64,000 nt of DNA from Octopus vulgaris (lineage: Eukaryota): positions 105,648,001 through 105,712,000 of the forward strand of contig OX597816.1 of the NCBI GenBank assembly GCA_951406725.2. The letters run 5' to 3'. The translations under genes were made by a program, and so were the position numbers. Below the pieces are notes generated by a model that saw nothing but the letters and a program-made list of their open reading frames with translations, made no database searches and was not told where the DNA came from. Of this stretch, positions 29,361-41,777 are shown piece after piece; the stretch's first letter is position 1; the number at the start of each line of letters is the position of its first letter.

Positions 29361-30890
29361 ACAGAGACTATACCACTACAGAAACTATGCCAAAACAGAT
29401 ATTGGAGCTCAATGCAGTCCTCTGGCTTGTTGATCCTATTAAACCAACCAACCTTAACCAGCATGGAAGACAGATATTAAATGATAGCACACACACACAC
29501 ACATGTATGCATGCATACATACATATATATGTATACATACATACACATATATATGCATGTATGTATTATATATATATATATCATCATCATCATTATTTAA
29601 CATCTGTTTTCTTTGTGACACACACACATACACACATACAATGCATGTTTATAAAACATTAACATTTCTTTGTCTCAGTCAACTGGGCTAGAAAATAAAC
29701 ATTAGTCACACTTCATGACAAAATTATGTGAATCTAAATTCAATGTCCATTTCTCATGCTTGTATAAGTTGAGGTAGTTTGTGGGATAGCTTCCCTCCAA
29801 CCACCGTCTCTCTTTCTTACACTCTTTCTTACCACATTTTTATGAGGACTAACGCTGTCAGATCATTTATAACTATCTTTCCCTAGCCATCAAGTTGCCC
29901 AGAATATTCTTCAATTCAATTCGCATCATTCATTTTTTGCTTGTCTTAACCAGTAATCTTTAACATCTTAGATACTTGTTTGGAGTGTTTGCAGTCTTGT
30001 CACTCAAATTTTCCTAACATGTCTGCTGGCCACTTAGCCATTGCAAATGATACTGGTATTCCGTTTTTCATGTTCATAAGGTTAATTTCCATTGACATAC
30101 AGTATCGTATTCTTGACACGTACATCATGCAAACCGTTCTCTATACAGCATGAAAAAAAAAAAAAAGAACAATTTTTAGTGAGTTCAAACTAAACCACTA
30201 AGCCATTTCTTTTTGTTACTCTTGTCATTGATTAGGTTACCAAGATACCAACACTTATCAACTACTTTCCATGAACAACCACAACATAGCATTTAAGTCA
30301 GAGCAGCTAAGTTGAATCAATGAATTCAGTACAGTTACAGGATAAATTCATAGTCAGTTTCACTTATGATTACATGAATACAGTTGATGTAGTTTTCAGT
30401 TACCTTTTAGCATAACCATTCATTTATTACTGATTAAATATAAAAATCTATTCTCTTAGCAATTGCATTGCCCTTACTTTACAGCTTTTAGTGGTTGATA
30501 GACAAGAGCTGTAAATGCTGACTTTTTTATATATAATCCAATTTCACTGCATATTAGAATGGGAAATTTAAATTTAACGACTAGCAATCAGATAAGTTTG
30601 TGTCCATTAGAAGAGATGAATTCTGACATTTCAGACAGGAACTTTTCCTTGAAATGCTAGAATTTAATTCTCTTCACAGTGCAAAATTTATTTTTTATTC
30701 CTTTACTTGTTTCAGTCACTGAATTATAGCCATGTTGAGGCACTACTTTAAGGGGTTTAGTTGATTAAATCACCCCTAGTACTTATTTTTAAGTTTGGTA
30801 CTCCTTCTATTTTCCATTTTATTTTAGTTACAGGGATGCAAACAAACCACTACCAGTTGCAAGCAAGGAAACACATATATACACATATAT

Positions 30891-31279
30891 GGCTGTTCCA
30901 TATGGGACTACAATACTACCATTTTTTTTTTTTACCCCAGGAGGACATCTCCTCCAGCTGGTTAACAACACAACCTGTGTCCGATATATTAAAAGCAGGG
31001 GAGTGAACCCTTACCATCTAAACATGACAAAACCAGGAGACTAGTCTGGTTCCAGGGTATTTCCCATTGTCAGTACTGGACACCTGTCAGATAGATATGT
31101 CAGGTGTTTGTCCTAGCTTGCATTATATAGAAAAATAAGTAACATTCAGCCACTGATTTTGCCACAAGCAAAGTAGCTAGTTCTAAAATTTCTATAAGAG
31201 GTTATGCTATTAACCAGCTGGAAGAGATGTCCCCCTGGGGTTAAAAAATGGTAGTAACATAATTTCATACAGAACAGCC
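30891..31279. mobile_element. MITE/foldback element with about 100-bp imperfect TIRs, inserted in a TA tract of a minus-strand family A SINE
   Basis: ggctgttcc...ctaccatttttt...accccaggaggacatctcctccagctggttaa versus ttaaccagctggaagagatgtccccctggggttaaaaaatggtag...gaacagcc; TA on both flanks. Confidence 0.75.
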
Positions 31280-33289
31280 ATATTGAAGTGGCAACAAACA
31301 TTACTTTTCAGTATTGTTACAACTTAGAACTAGCTACTTTGTTTGAGTGTGTATATATATATATATACCAAAATCACTCACAAGGAATGACTTTGGTATA
31401 GTTGACTTGGGGCTAGAGTAGAAAACACTCGCCCAGATTCTGCGGAGTTGGACTGAACTCGAAACTATATGACTGCGAAGTGAAATTCTTAATCACACAC
31501 TGACCATGCCTGCACCTGTATCCATTTCTCTCTTTTCCTCTCTCTTCTTTTCACAATGCAAATTATCATTTATTTCCTCAGACTATTTTTTGTTACCATT
31601 TTCCATTGAATTGGTTCATTGTCTTTGACTTGACAATTCCCCTTGTTAATTGATTTCAGATTCTATTGATTCTGTTTATTAAAGTTTGCATGTTGCATCA
31701 CTTTTTAAAACTATTTTTTATCAATGGCCTTTTGTTAATGAATGACTGAATTTCAAAGAATTGCCTTTTAGAAGTTCACTTTATCTGTTATTACTTTATA
31801 TACTAAAATAGTGATGCCATTTAATGGGGCATTGCAATGTAAATCACCCATGTTGAAACTCAAAATTCTATACTTGAAATTTCTTAATCGCCTAATTTTA
31901 GTTTTTAAAGAAACTAAACATACAGAGGTATATCCAATATGCAATCTCTTCCAGAATGTTATATAACCAGAAGGTATATCTGACCCAATACTAAACAAAA
32001 AAAAAATGGAAACAGTTTTCTACACGTATGTGGTCAGTATTTGAATGTATATATTACTATACACTTCTGTTATAGTTATCAATATCTTTAATAAATTGTG
32101 CAGCTACATATTTGTGTGTGTGTAGACATATGTCTATTGTGTTTCATCTATATGTAATTGATTCCTCTTTCTCATTTTCTTTTGGTGGGGTGGGGTATTC
32201 ATTATTGTTACTTACTTTGAGAAGCCAACTTCATTTTTCAAATATCATATCTTCAAAAATCAAAACAAAGGAATTACTTTGCTTAGAAATTAACTGTATA
32301 TAAAATATTGGAATTTCCTATCTTTAGTAAATTCTGTAATACCAGAGTGAACACACATAATCAATAAAGAAAAACAAACTGAACAAAACTGTGACATGTA
32401 ATTTTTTGACAATTACATACACTGGATGAAGGAATAGATGAAAGGTGTATACAACAATACAATTCATATAAAAGTCCCCTAGATAAATCTTGTCCTGAAT
32501 ATTTTCATTGATTTACAGGTTTTTGCAATGAAATCACACCCAAGCACAGGTTTCAGTCAATACATCGACCCCAAAATTTAGATATAAAATGTAAGAAGAT
32601 ATATCTATCATTACATATACCTATGGTGATAGATTATATATCTGTAATAACTAGATGCATAAAAGTATCTATTTATTTATAATTAATAGATACTATGATA
32701 AAATGAGTATTTTATTTTAGATACACATTCTATGATAAAATACACACAATAAATATCTTGGTATTTTATCTTAGATGCCCATTTTATCAATCAATTTTTA
32801 TCAAATTGTTTAGTTCACTTATTATGTTACTTCCCTTTAATGAGGAGACACAACTAGGAATTTACAGCTGAAAACAATCACAGACTCACAAGTCATACAC
32901 ACACACACACATATATAAAGTGCATGTATATGAGTGTATTACTCTAGGCACCAGACATTGCCTAGAAACTGAAACTTAGGTTTTTTCTTAGGTAAGGGCA
33001 AAAGACCCAACCAAAATGGTAAGCCTGCTGCTGAATATTAGAAGTTAGCAACCATCCTTCTTTTTAGACAAGGCCTGTAGTGCCATATGAGGTTATTTGA
33101 AAGTAAAAACTTCAAAACTTCAAAAGCTAACAGTCATCTTTACAGAACATATTAACAGAACATTTTATAAATATAAACAAATATTTTAAACGTAAAGCAA
33201 AAAATATATTATGTCCTACTTACCATAATATTTGAAATTGCATACTAAGTTTCCAAAGATATTTTTGAATGAGGAATATATATATGTGC

Positions 33290-33337
<48 letters not shown>

Positions 33338-33544
33338 GCATATAATTATATATATATATATATATCACTCTGTTTACTATTTCATATATTCTGTATAATT
33401 CACTAGTTATATAGATATTTGAGATCTATTCTCCTTACAGGGCTGATAGAAATTGGCTGCCGATTCTTCGCGGCGCGCCCCCCTATTACCCACAAATACC
33501 GAATATCTCTATTTTGCTCCAACTATACCGGATGTCGTTTCTCC

Positions 33545-34177
33545 CACCACCATTATAGGTGTCTACTCTTTGAACCCCCTCTTCAATACGCTATTTCACC
33601 ATGCATTACCCCTCTCTCGATATCCTACGTTCTACTTGCCTAGAACCTGTCCTCTGAACCACCCCTCCCACTGGTGCTCCCCTATATTTCTGCACCCCCA
33701 CCACCATTATAGGTGTCTACTCTTTGAACCCCCTCTTCAATACGCTATTTCACCATGCATTACCCCTCTCTCGATATCCTATGTTCTACTTGCCTAGAAC
33801 CTGTCCTCTGAACCACCCCTCCCACTGGTGCTCCCCTATATTTCTGCACCCCCCACCACCATTATAGGTGTCTACTCTTTGAACCCCCCTCTTCAATACG
33901 CTATTTCACCATGCATTACCCCTCTCTCGATATCCTACGTTCTACTTGCCTAGAACCTGTCCTCTGAACCACCCCCTACCACTGGTGCTCCCCTATATTT
34001 CTGCACCCCCCCACCACCATTATAGGTGTCTACTATTTGAAGCCCCCTCTTCAATACGCTATTTCACCATGCATTACCCCTCTCTCGGTATCCTACGTTC
34101 TACTTGCCTAGTACCTGTCCTCTGAACCATCCCTCCCACTGGTGCTCCCCTATATTTCTGCACCACCCCCCCCCCCA
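33545..34177. repeat. Tandem repeat, four copies of a 154-158 bp unit
   Basis: cattataggtgtctac recurs at 33551, 33705, 33860 and 34018; copies are nearly identical. Confidence 0.95.
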
Positions 34178-34423
34178 TAAAAAGCACCATCCGAACGTGG
34201 CCGATGCCAGACCCCTCTGGCACCTGTGCAGGTGGCACGTAAAAAACACCCACTACACTCGCGGAGTGGTTGGCGTTAGGAAGGGCATCCAGCTGTAGAA
34301 ACACTGCCAGACTAGACTGGAGCCTGGGGCAGTCCCGAGCTCCCCAGACCCCGGTCGAAACCGTCCAACCCGTGCTAGCGCGGAAAACGGACGTTAAATG
34401 ATGATGATGATGATGATGATGAT
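34178..34423 (+). mobile_element. RTE LINE 3' UTR fragment with (TGA)n tail
   Basis: ggttggcgttaggaagggcatccagctgtagaaac...ggacgttaaa(tga)n; the same tail lies downstream of the RT fragment at 42541-43410. Confidence 0.75.
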
Positions 34424-34493
34424 ATATATATATACATACATATATGTATATATATATATCTGTAAATGTAATATGTGAAAATTATTCGGTAGC

Positions 34494-34560
34494 CCTGATA
34501 AAACTCTGAGTTTCGGATGCCAAGATGGAAATCCATGCCGCCATCTCTTCAGTTATCTGG
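34494..34560 (-). ncRNA. Type I hammerhead ribozyme motif with canonical core
   Basis: ccagataa CTGAAGA [gatgg...ccatc...catcc] GAAA CTC-A-GAG TT ttatcagg; stem I 7/8 bp; (TA)n about 35 nt downstream on the minus strand. Confidence 0.7.
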
Positions 34561-34569
34561 CCATCGCAA

Positions 34570-35078
34570 AAATATATGTGCAATCACAAAAAAGATAGAT
34601 GGCATGACAGGCCTCGACTATTGGGGTCGACTAGAAAAGCTAAAACTCTATTCTCTCCAACGTCATCTGCATGATGTGGAAAATATTCCATCAGCATTGC
34701 CCAAATGATGTTGGCATCACCTTTAAGGTACATCCAAGGCTTGGGCCCCGTGCCATCCGCCCAAAACAAAATCGCACTATCTCATAACAACAATACGGCA
34801 CAATTATTTCACCTCAATTGGCCCCGCTCTCTTTAACATTACACCAAAACACATTAAAACAGAAACTGACCCTATAGGGTTCAAGAGTCTTTGGACAGAT
34901 TCCTTCAAGAAATCCTGGATAAACCCCTACACCGGATATGTCTCTGTAAACAATAACTCTCTACTTGAGTGGGCCATAGTGCCCAAATTCTGACTTGAAA
35001 GACTTCACCAGGTGGTGCTATTAAGTTAGACATGGCCTGGGCCAATAATGGCACCTATCAAAGTATCAAAGTATCAAA

Positions 35079-35082
<4 letters not shown>
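34570..35082 (+). mobile_element. CR1/L2-type LINE 3' end fragment
   Basis: ITKKIDGMTGLDYWGRLEKLKLYSLQR, the typical post-RT motif, followed by a short-repeat tail (atcaaagt)x3. Confidence 0.8.
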
Positions 35083-35114
<32 letters not shown>

Positions 35115-35660
35115 CACACACACACACACACATATTTCCTGATCCTTTTGATATAAATATATAATTATAAATAATATTTATATATTTTGTATATAAATTA
35201 CCTACAAGGTTTTATTTCATACTGGCCATTCAATATAATCATTAACATGATTTTATCCTGAATTCTATTAAAAATAGATAATAAAATATTTTTGCTCTTG
35301 ATTGAAATTGCATTTCCTGCGAGGCTATTTCAATAAAAAAAAACACGTGGCTGAAATGAAAATTAAAAATTTGACTTCATCTTGTGCATAAGCACAGATA
35401 TTTGTATATGGACATACACCTTTGCTTCATATTGGTATATATAAGTATCTGCGATTATGTTCTTTGAATATTGTGCTGAGAATGGGAAATAAGCTCTTTT
35501 TATTGCTTTGCCCACCTTTATTTTCATTGTTCACTGTGCACTTGATGATTTATCATATTTATTATCTTTAAATGTATATAAATGCATACTCATAGAAACA
35601 TAGAGGAATGAATATTTCCCACATACAAAATTATACATATGCACAAATACATATGCATAA

Positions 35661-35716
<56 letters not shown>

Positions 35717-35988
35717 ATCTATGTTTAAGCAGGTGTTATATACACAACTATACTTCTGTGATTTTTTTTTCCTTTTTTGTTAAAATTTATATTTAATAGT
35801 TCTTTGTATTTATTTAACAACATTGAAATCCAGTTAGGTTTCATGATTTATTTATGCTTGATATAGGCGAGTTTAGTTTATTATTATATTTGTTATTTGT
35901 AATTCTTTTAATCTATTTGTAGCACCTTTGACACCTACTTTCACCATGTAGAAGGTTCTTTCCTGATCCTTTATATATATATACATAC

Positions 35989-36043
<55 letters not shown>

Positions 36044-36454
36044 CATGGATCAAAACAGCTTGATTCAAATTCTTTGATACCTATGAGTCTCAAGTGTGAT
36101 GCTAGTCATCAACCATTTTGAATTTGAATGACAGAAGTTGATTGTTATTATTGTAAGGTGGGCTGCGATTGATCGAGGAAGGATACGCAGTGTCATGGTT
36201 TGATGTTGGTATATTTAGATATATATATATTTATATATATATATATATATAAGAATCTGTTGAATTAGGTACTTAAATTGAGGCACCTTACTAGTTCAGT
36301 ATAATTTGCATACTCCAACAAAATTATTTGAATATTGAATATCAAGTCTTCTGCCACAGATATAACAAAAGGAAACAATGTAAATATTTCGGTTTCCCTT
36401 ATTGATGTAAGTTTGTTAAAAAATGGTTTATCCTTTATGTTTGAAGTCTATGCG

Positions 36455-36541
36455 GTCATCTGACGAGAATGGTTTCTTTCAAATTGATGCAATGTTTTCA
36501 TTAATCAATTAAATGGAACCACTTGAAATGGTGGTAATGAT
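36455..36541 (+). ncRNA. Decayed type I hammerhead-like motif with extended stem II, inside a TA-flanked insert (about 36251-36562)
   Basis: gtcat CTGACGA gaatggtttc..aattgat...atcaatt..ggaaccactt GAAA tggtg GTA atgat. Confidence 0.55.
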
Positions 36542-36561
36542 ATGACACCTGTACATCTTTG

Positions 36562-36600
<39 letters not shown>

Positions 36601-37368
36601 TAGATACACAAAAATAAATATATATATATACACACACACACATATGTATATGTATGTATGTTATAAATGATAACTTTACTTCAAGGCAAACAAACAGCAT
36701 TTATAGATGGATAATACACACACACAAATACACATGCATGCACACACACATAAACAAATAAATATACACAGATACATACATAGGCTTTTTCACATCATCT
36801 GTTAAGGATACTTCATTCTTAAGGTACTGGTCATTTTGAGATTGTGGTGGAACACTCTTGCCTATGATGTCATGCAGTAAGATAAATATCTAAATCATGT
36901 GATGGTTTTAATGAATTATTTGACCATATTGTCATACCTGCAACTGGAATATGTTACTCAAATACCTAATCTGCACAGAACATGCATTAATCCAGATGTA
37001 ATCTTACCATTTCCTGCAAAGTACACCAGCACTAAATGTCAGAGAACCAGAAACCAACAGAGGGAGAGAAAACTCAATGAGACTGGTCAATCTGCTAGGC
37101 ATAGGACCTAAATCTCCTTCAAATCATACCCCATGGTCATAATAAAAAAGGGCACATTGAATAGTGTTGTCATAGATATACTATATTTAGAAAACTAAAA
37201 CACACAGCCACTGATGGAATGATTTTGATCATTGGTCTGCTTGATCAGGGCTGGCCTGTGACTAGATAAAAAGAAAGGTGCCTTGTATAGATAAAAACCA
37301 CAAAACACACTAACTTGTTTTTTTATCACTAGTGTTTCTTCTGAACTGATGTGTGTCTGTGTGTTAGT

Positions 37369-37399
<31 letters not shown>

Positions 37400-37633
37400 G
37401 TATGTGTGTGCATGTGCGTGTGTGTGCATATGCATGTGTGTGTGTTTGTGTGTGTGCATGCAATGTTTTAATGATTCATAGTGTATGTCATAATACTTTT
37501 AAATATATATATATTACACTGTAAATTTAGGAAAAGTATAGCATTCTATTAGTTCCAAGTGAAAATCAGTGATGTGTGTGTGTATGAGAGAGATAGAGAG
37601 GTGGGGAGGAGACAGACAGAGTCAGAAAGTACT

Positions 37634-37770
37634 GATAGAAACTAAGTGTAGATTAATATTCTGCTGTAAAGACTCCACATAAAATTCACAATGTATTTGT
37701 ATGTCATAATTCATGTGAAATTTATGTGGTATCATTGGAGTAAAATGTTAATCTGCACAAAGTTTCTAAC
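37634..37770. repeat. Imperfect palindrome (foldback)
   Basis: tagaaact..gtgtagattaatatt...ccacataaaattcaca versus tgtgaaatttatgtgg...aatgttaatctgcac..agtttcta. Confidence 0.7.
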
Positions 37771-37991
37771 TGTAATTTCTCACACACACATACACATGCA
37801 CAACACACACATACAAATGTGACTGGCTTTCATTTGGTATAGCAGAACTAGCAATGCTTTTCCTATATATATCACAGTAGGATATATATTTAAATGTGTT
37901 TGAATTGTGATGCTATGAATCAGATGACATATATACATTTATGAATTTGTTTTGCAAGATTCCTGAAGTGAAATTGTGTGTTGAAACACAC

Positions 37992-38350
37992 ATTTCGGGA
38001 TGGTCATTTTGTTTTCTTTTTTTCCAAATAAACATATGCACCATATATTCATTCTTCACTCGTTTATTATTGGTCTTATTTTATCCTATGTCAATTGCCT
38101 GGAAATCTTTCATCACACACCTGTGACCTCTTTAGCGACTTTTCCATCTTATGTGTCTCCTCCTATTCTGTTTAGTCCTGGACATGTGGGAAGGAAGAGT
38201 CACTGAAGAGGTCACAGGTGTGTGACGAAAGTTTTCCAGGCAATGAACATAATATAAAATATGAACAATAATAAATGAGTAAAGAACAAATATATAGTGT
38301 ATGTGTTTATTTGGCAAGAAAAAGAAATGACCATCCTGAAATATAACAAT
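37992..38350. mobile_element. Inverted pair of PLE-like 3' ends forming an about 350-bp palindrome; hammerhead-like core at 38199-38236
   Basis: Arms of about 160 bp (atttcgggatggtcattt...cacacacctgtgacctct and agaggtcacaggtgtgtg...aaatgaccatcctgaaat); CTGAAGA G GTCACA-GGTG-TGTGAC GAAA; ends in (TA)n. Confidence 0.65.
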
Positions 38351-38375
38351 ATATACATATATATATATATATATA

Positions 38376-38558
38376 ACGGGAAAGTTTACGAAAATAAACA
38401 AAAGACAAAGGCAGGTGGTGTACAAACAAACAAATGTATTAGTATAGCGCTCAGGAATAGAAATAGAAAAAGTCTTTTACGTTTCGAGCCTACGCTCTTC
38501 AACAGAAAGATACACAGAAGAGAAACAAGGAGAGAAAAAAATGCGTGTAGGAGCTAAC
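38376..38558 (-). mobile_element. Second copy of the short hammerhead-like element (motif 38473-38510)
   Basis: tcttt CTGTTGA A GAGC-GTAG-GCTC GAAA CG TA aaaga; homologous to 23392-23572; 3' end abuts (TA)n. Confidence 0.7.
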
Positions 38559-38629
38559 ATTCTGGTTTTGTTGAAGAAAGACGTGCTTTTTCATTCTCCT
38601 GAAACAACCAAAAAGGGATTGCATAAATC

Positions 38630-38975
38630 AACGAGAAAATCTGATAAAACTGACAAAAACGTAGAACTTGTTATTTCAAAACGGTCTACTATAATGTATT
38701 GATTAAAAAAATGTAATATATTACACTAAAAGTTGAATATAGTACATTAAAGTCAGTGATGCAGTTATCAAAAAACCACATGGATACAAGGGATTGCCTA
38801 AATGAATGAAAAGAAATCTGCTAAAACTAACAAAAATGTAGTACTTGTTACTTTGTAACGGTCTACCATAATATATTGATTTTTAAAAAATGTAATATAT
38901 TACACTAAAAGTTTAATATAGTACATTAAAGTCAGTGACAGAAGCTAGAGTTATCGTCAAAAAACCACATGGTTA
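38630..38975. repeat. Imperfect direct duplication, about 180-bp unit
   Basis: aaatctg.taaaact.acaaaaa.gtag.acttgtta...tgtaatatattacactaaaagtt.aatatagtacattaaagtcagtga...aaaaaaccacatgg occurs twice. Confidence 0.8.
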
Positions 38976-39199
38976 CAAGTTGTACTTTTATTTGCAGCCA
39001 AATGTAAGAATCAAAAAAGAATTGTTTTTGAAAGAAAACTTCTTCGTACAAGAACAAGGATTTGGAATTTTACCTCTTGCGAATAAGTATCCTTTTTATT
39101 TGTTTATTTTCTTTTATCTTAGGTAACATTTGAGTTATGACTTCATCTTTTTTTTACTTTCTGAGAATTCTCTCTATCCTCTACTCCCCCTCTGGGCTT

Positions 39200-40320
39200 A
39201 AAAAACGAAGATGGCACTAAAGTAGGAGAAGAAAGAATTAAATCTTCTGTTGCAAGCATGGATGATTGCTAGTGGCGATCCGCCAAACAACATCATCACT
39301 GCTGCACTAAAAAACAATGGCTTTCACAGAACCATTAATCAGATAGAGTGGAAGGAGAATGAATTAATCTGATCTTATATGCTTATAAGACCACACACTG
39401 ACACCCTGAATGATATAATTGAAAACTATTGTGGCAAGGCTGATAAGGATGGAGAAGATGAAAATGAAACAAAACCCAGAAGTCTCTTTGATCCAGTGGT
39501 TCTTCAAAAGAATGGATCACCCACCCCTGTGAATGACCAGGCAGAAACAGGCGAGCCAAGGAAGCAGTAACTAGAAGCCCATCTGTGCCAGTGGTCCTAC
39601 AAAGGAATGGAGCCCTCACCCCATTGGACAACCAGAGGAAAAAAGTTCCCACCACAAGAAAAGGAATGATGGAACACAAACACAAGCATAAAGAAGGAAA
39701 GGAAGAAAAAGGAAAAGGCAAAAATGAAACAGCTAAAATCAAAACCCCAACCCACCAAACAAAAAACAGGAAACCCCATGGAGGATCCAATGCCATCCAA
39801 AACCCTACAGGAAAGAAGAAATTTGGAAGGCACTCAAGAACCTGCAAACTTTACCTGCAAGGCAAATGTTGGCATGGGGAAGAAGGCAAAAACTGCCAGT
39901 TTGTCCACCTGACATCCCGCCAAAAACATAGGGGCTTTAAGGAGAAAAACTTCCCTGAGGAAAGACAACAAATGTCTCCAAGGAAAAAAATTACAAAAGA
40001 AGTGCACTCTTCAGATGTTATGCACAATGCAGCAGCTACACCAAGCACAAACAAGGAACCTTGCCCACTACTGCGCAAGACCACCACAGTCAACAGACAT
40101 GGGATGGCCTCCCCTAATGCCTGCACAGTTGTCACGCCGATATTTTTACTAAATATTGGGGGCTTGTTGCAGCATAATAAAAGCAAACTTTCTTTCCTGA
40201 GAGATCTTGCTGCATGCAATCAACCCCTATGCATAACACTTGTGGAAACTCACCTCAGCCCTGATATAGAGGATGCAGAAGTACACATACCAAAATATGC
40301 CATACTGCAAACAGACAATT
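39200..40320 (+). pseudogene. LINE 5' fragment: basic region with a CCCH zinc finger followed by the N-terminus of an apurinic-like (APE) endonuclease
   Basis: ORF 39585-40334: CKLYLQGKCWHGEEGKNCQFVH, then LLNIGGL...KLSFLRDL...LCITLVETHLSPDIEDAEVHIPKYAILQTD (APE motifs I and II); truncated afterwards. Confidence 0.8.
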
Positions 40321-40439
40321 GTTTGAAGTTATGAAGCTACATTTAAAATGAATGGCTCAATTAATCAAAATTGTACCTACTTCAGACCTGAAAATCTGCA
40401 TATTATGGAAGAAAGTTATGTTAATTTACCAAGAATTAC

Positions 40440-40985
40440 AATATGGTACAGCTTATCATCAATAAGATTAATTGGACCATTCTTGTTCGATGGTACTGCA
40501 CTAGTCATATTTACTTAAACTTATGACAATCTGTCAAGCTGAGTGTCCAGAGAACTTTGAAGATGTGGAGTTCATTTCGAACAAGATGGGGAATCCTCAC
40601 ATTACCATGATAATATCAAGGCCTACCTTGACGAGAAGTTGCTAAACAGGTGGATTGTTCCAATAGAATACTCTCTGCATTCACCAGACCTCATACTACT
40701 AGACTTATTTTGTATGGGGTTACTCAAAAAGAAAAGTTTATGGTACAAAACTTACAACAGTCAATAAATTGAGAACAACCATTGAAGAACACACACAAAT
40801 ACCAGAAAAATGTTCTTTGAAATTTCACTACAGTATCAGCAGTGCCTGGACCAGAATGGCCAATTTTTGGAAAACAGTCATTCATAAACAAATTAAATTC
40901 TGCTCGTAGACTGTATTAAATTTTGAAAATGAAATGTATTTAATAACCACTGACTTTATAATAATTCAATGTGTGTATACCCTGT
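40440..40985 (+). pseudogene. Decayed Tc1/mariner-superfamily transposase C-terminal fragment
   Basis: Frameshifted GPFLFDGT...FEQDGESSHY...YLDEKLLNRWI...SPDLILLDLF..WGYSKRKVY, resembling the FQQDGAPPH / SPDLTPLDFFLWG motifs; ends near accctgt. Confidence 0.7.
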
Positions 40986-41026
40986 TTGGAAGATACTCTG
41001 TATATGTATACATGCATATATGTGTA

Positions 41027-41084
<58 letters not shown>

Positions 41085-41777
41085 GACACATGCAAATAAA
41101 CATAAAGAAACAGAAAGAATGAGAGAGAAAAATGAATGCAATGAAATATTAAAATAGAATAAGAAAAAAAAAAGGTAATGAATGTATTTAAGGTGGGTAT
41201 GTAAGAAATGTTGCACTTATTGTATAAAGTCTTATAGCCACTTTCTTGAGATAAAAACTTTTTGTAGCATCATCTAATAACAATGGATAGTCTCAGAAAA
41301 TTAATCCCATTTAATACCCATCATACATTAAGAAATTTTCAACATCAATTTGTCAATTTCCATGGAAAATAATTTAAGTACAGATATTACTTCTTACTTA
41401 ATGTATTCATTGATGCAGTTACATTTACTGACAATTGCAAACATCCACAGAAACTCACACACATACAGAAGCAAACATTGAAACAATATGTCGTCTCTAT
41501 TGGCTAGTTTAGAAATCAAATCTGCCATCATGGTTTAAACATACTCACCAACTGTACAAGTTGTATCATGCCACTTTATCTGAACATAAGAAGCCATACA
41601 CTACCACTCAAACAAGATGTAAATATCAATTATATGTGCAGATTCCTTTCAAAGAGAAATAATTAAATGGTGCCATGAATTTTAAGATAATTACACCAAA
41701 TGGATTGCAAGATGAATTACACTAAATCCTCAAAAATTTGTTCATTAAAAGAGAGCTTCATATATTAAGTATATTTT

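Noticed and set aside
33545-34177. Tandem array as a CRISPR array or retrozyme
   Set aside because: The units are fully repeated with no unique spacers, the context is eukaryotic, and there is no hammerhead core.
34340-34372. gacc-cc-ggtc GAAA cc GTC, resembling a hammerhead 3' half
   Set aside because: No core upstream, and the other copy of this RTE tail (about 42590-42620) does not keep it.
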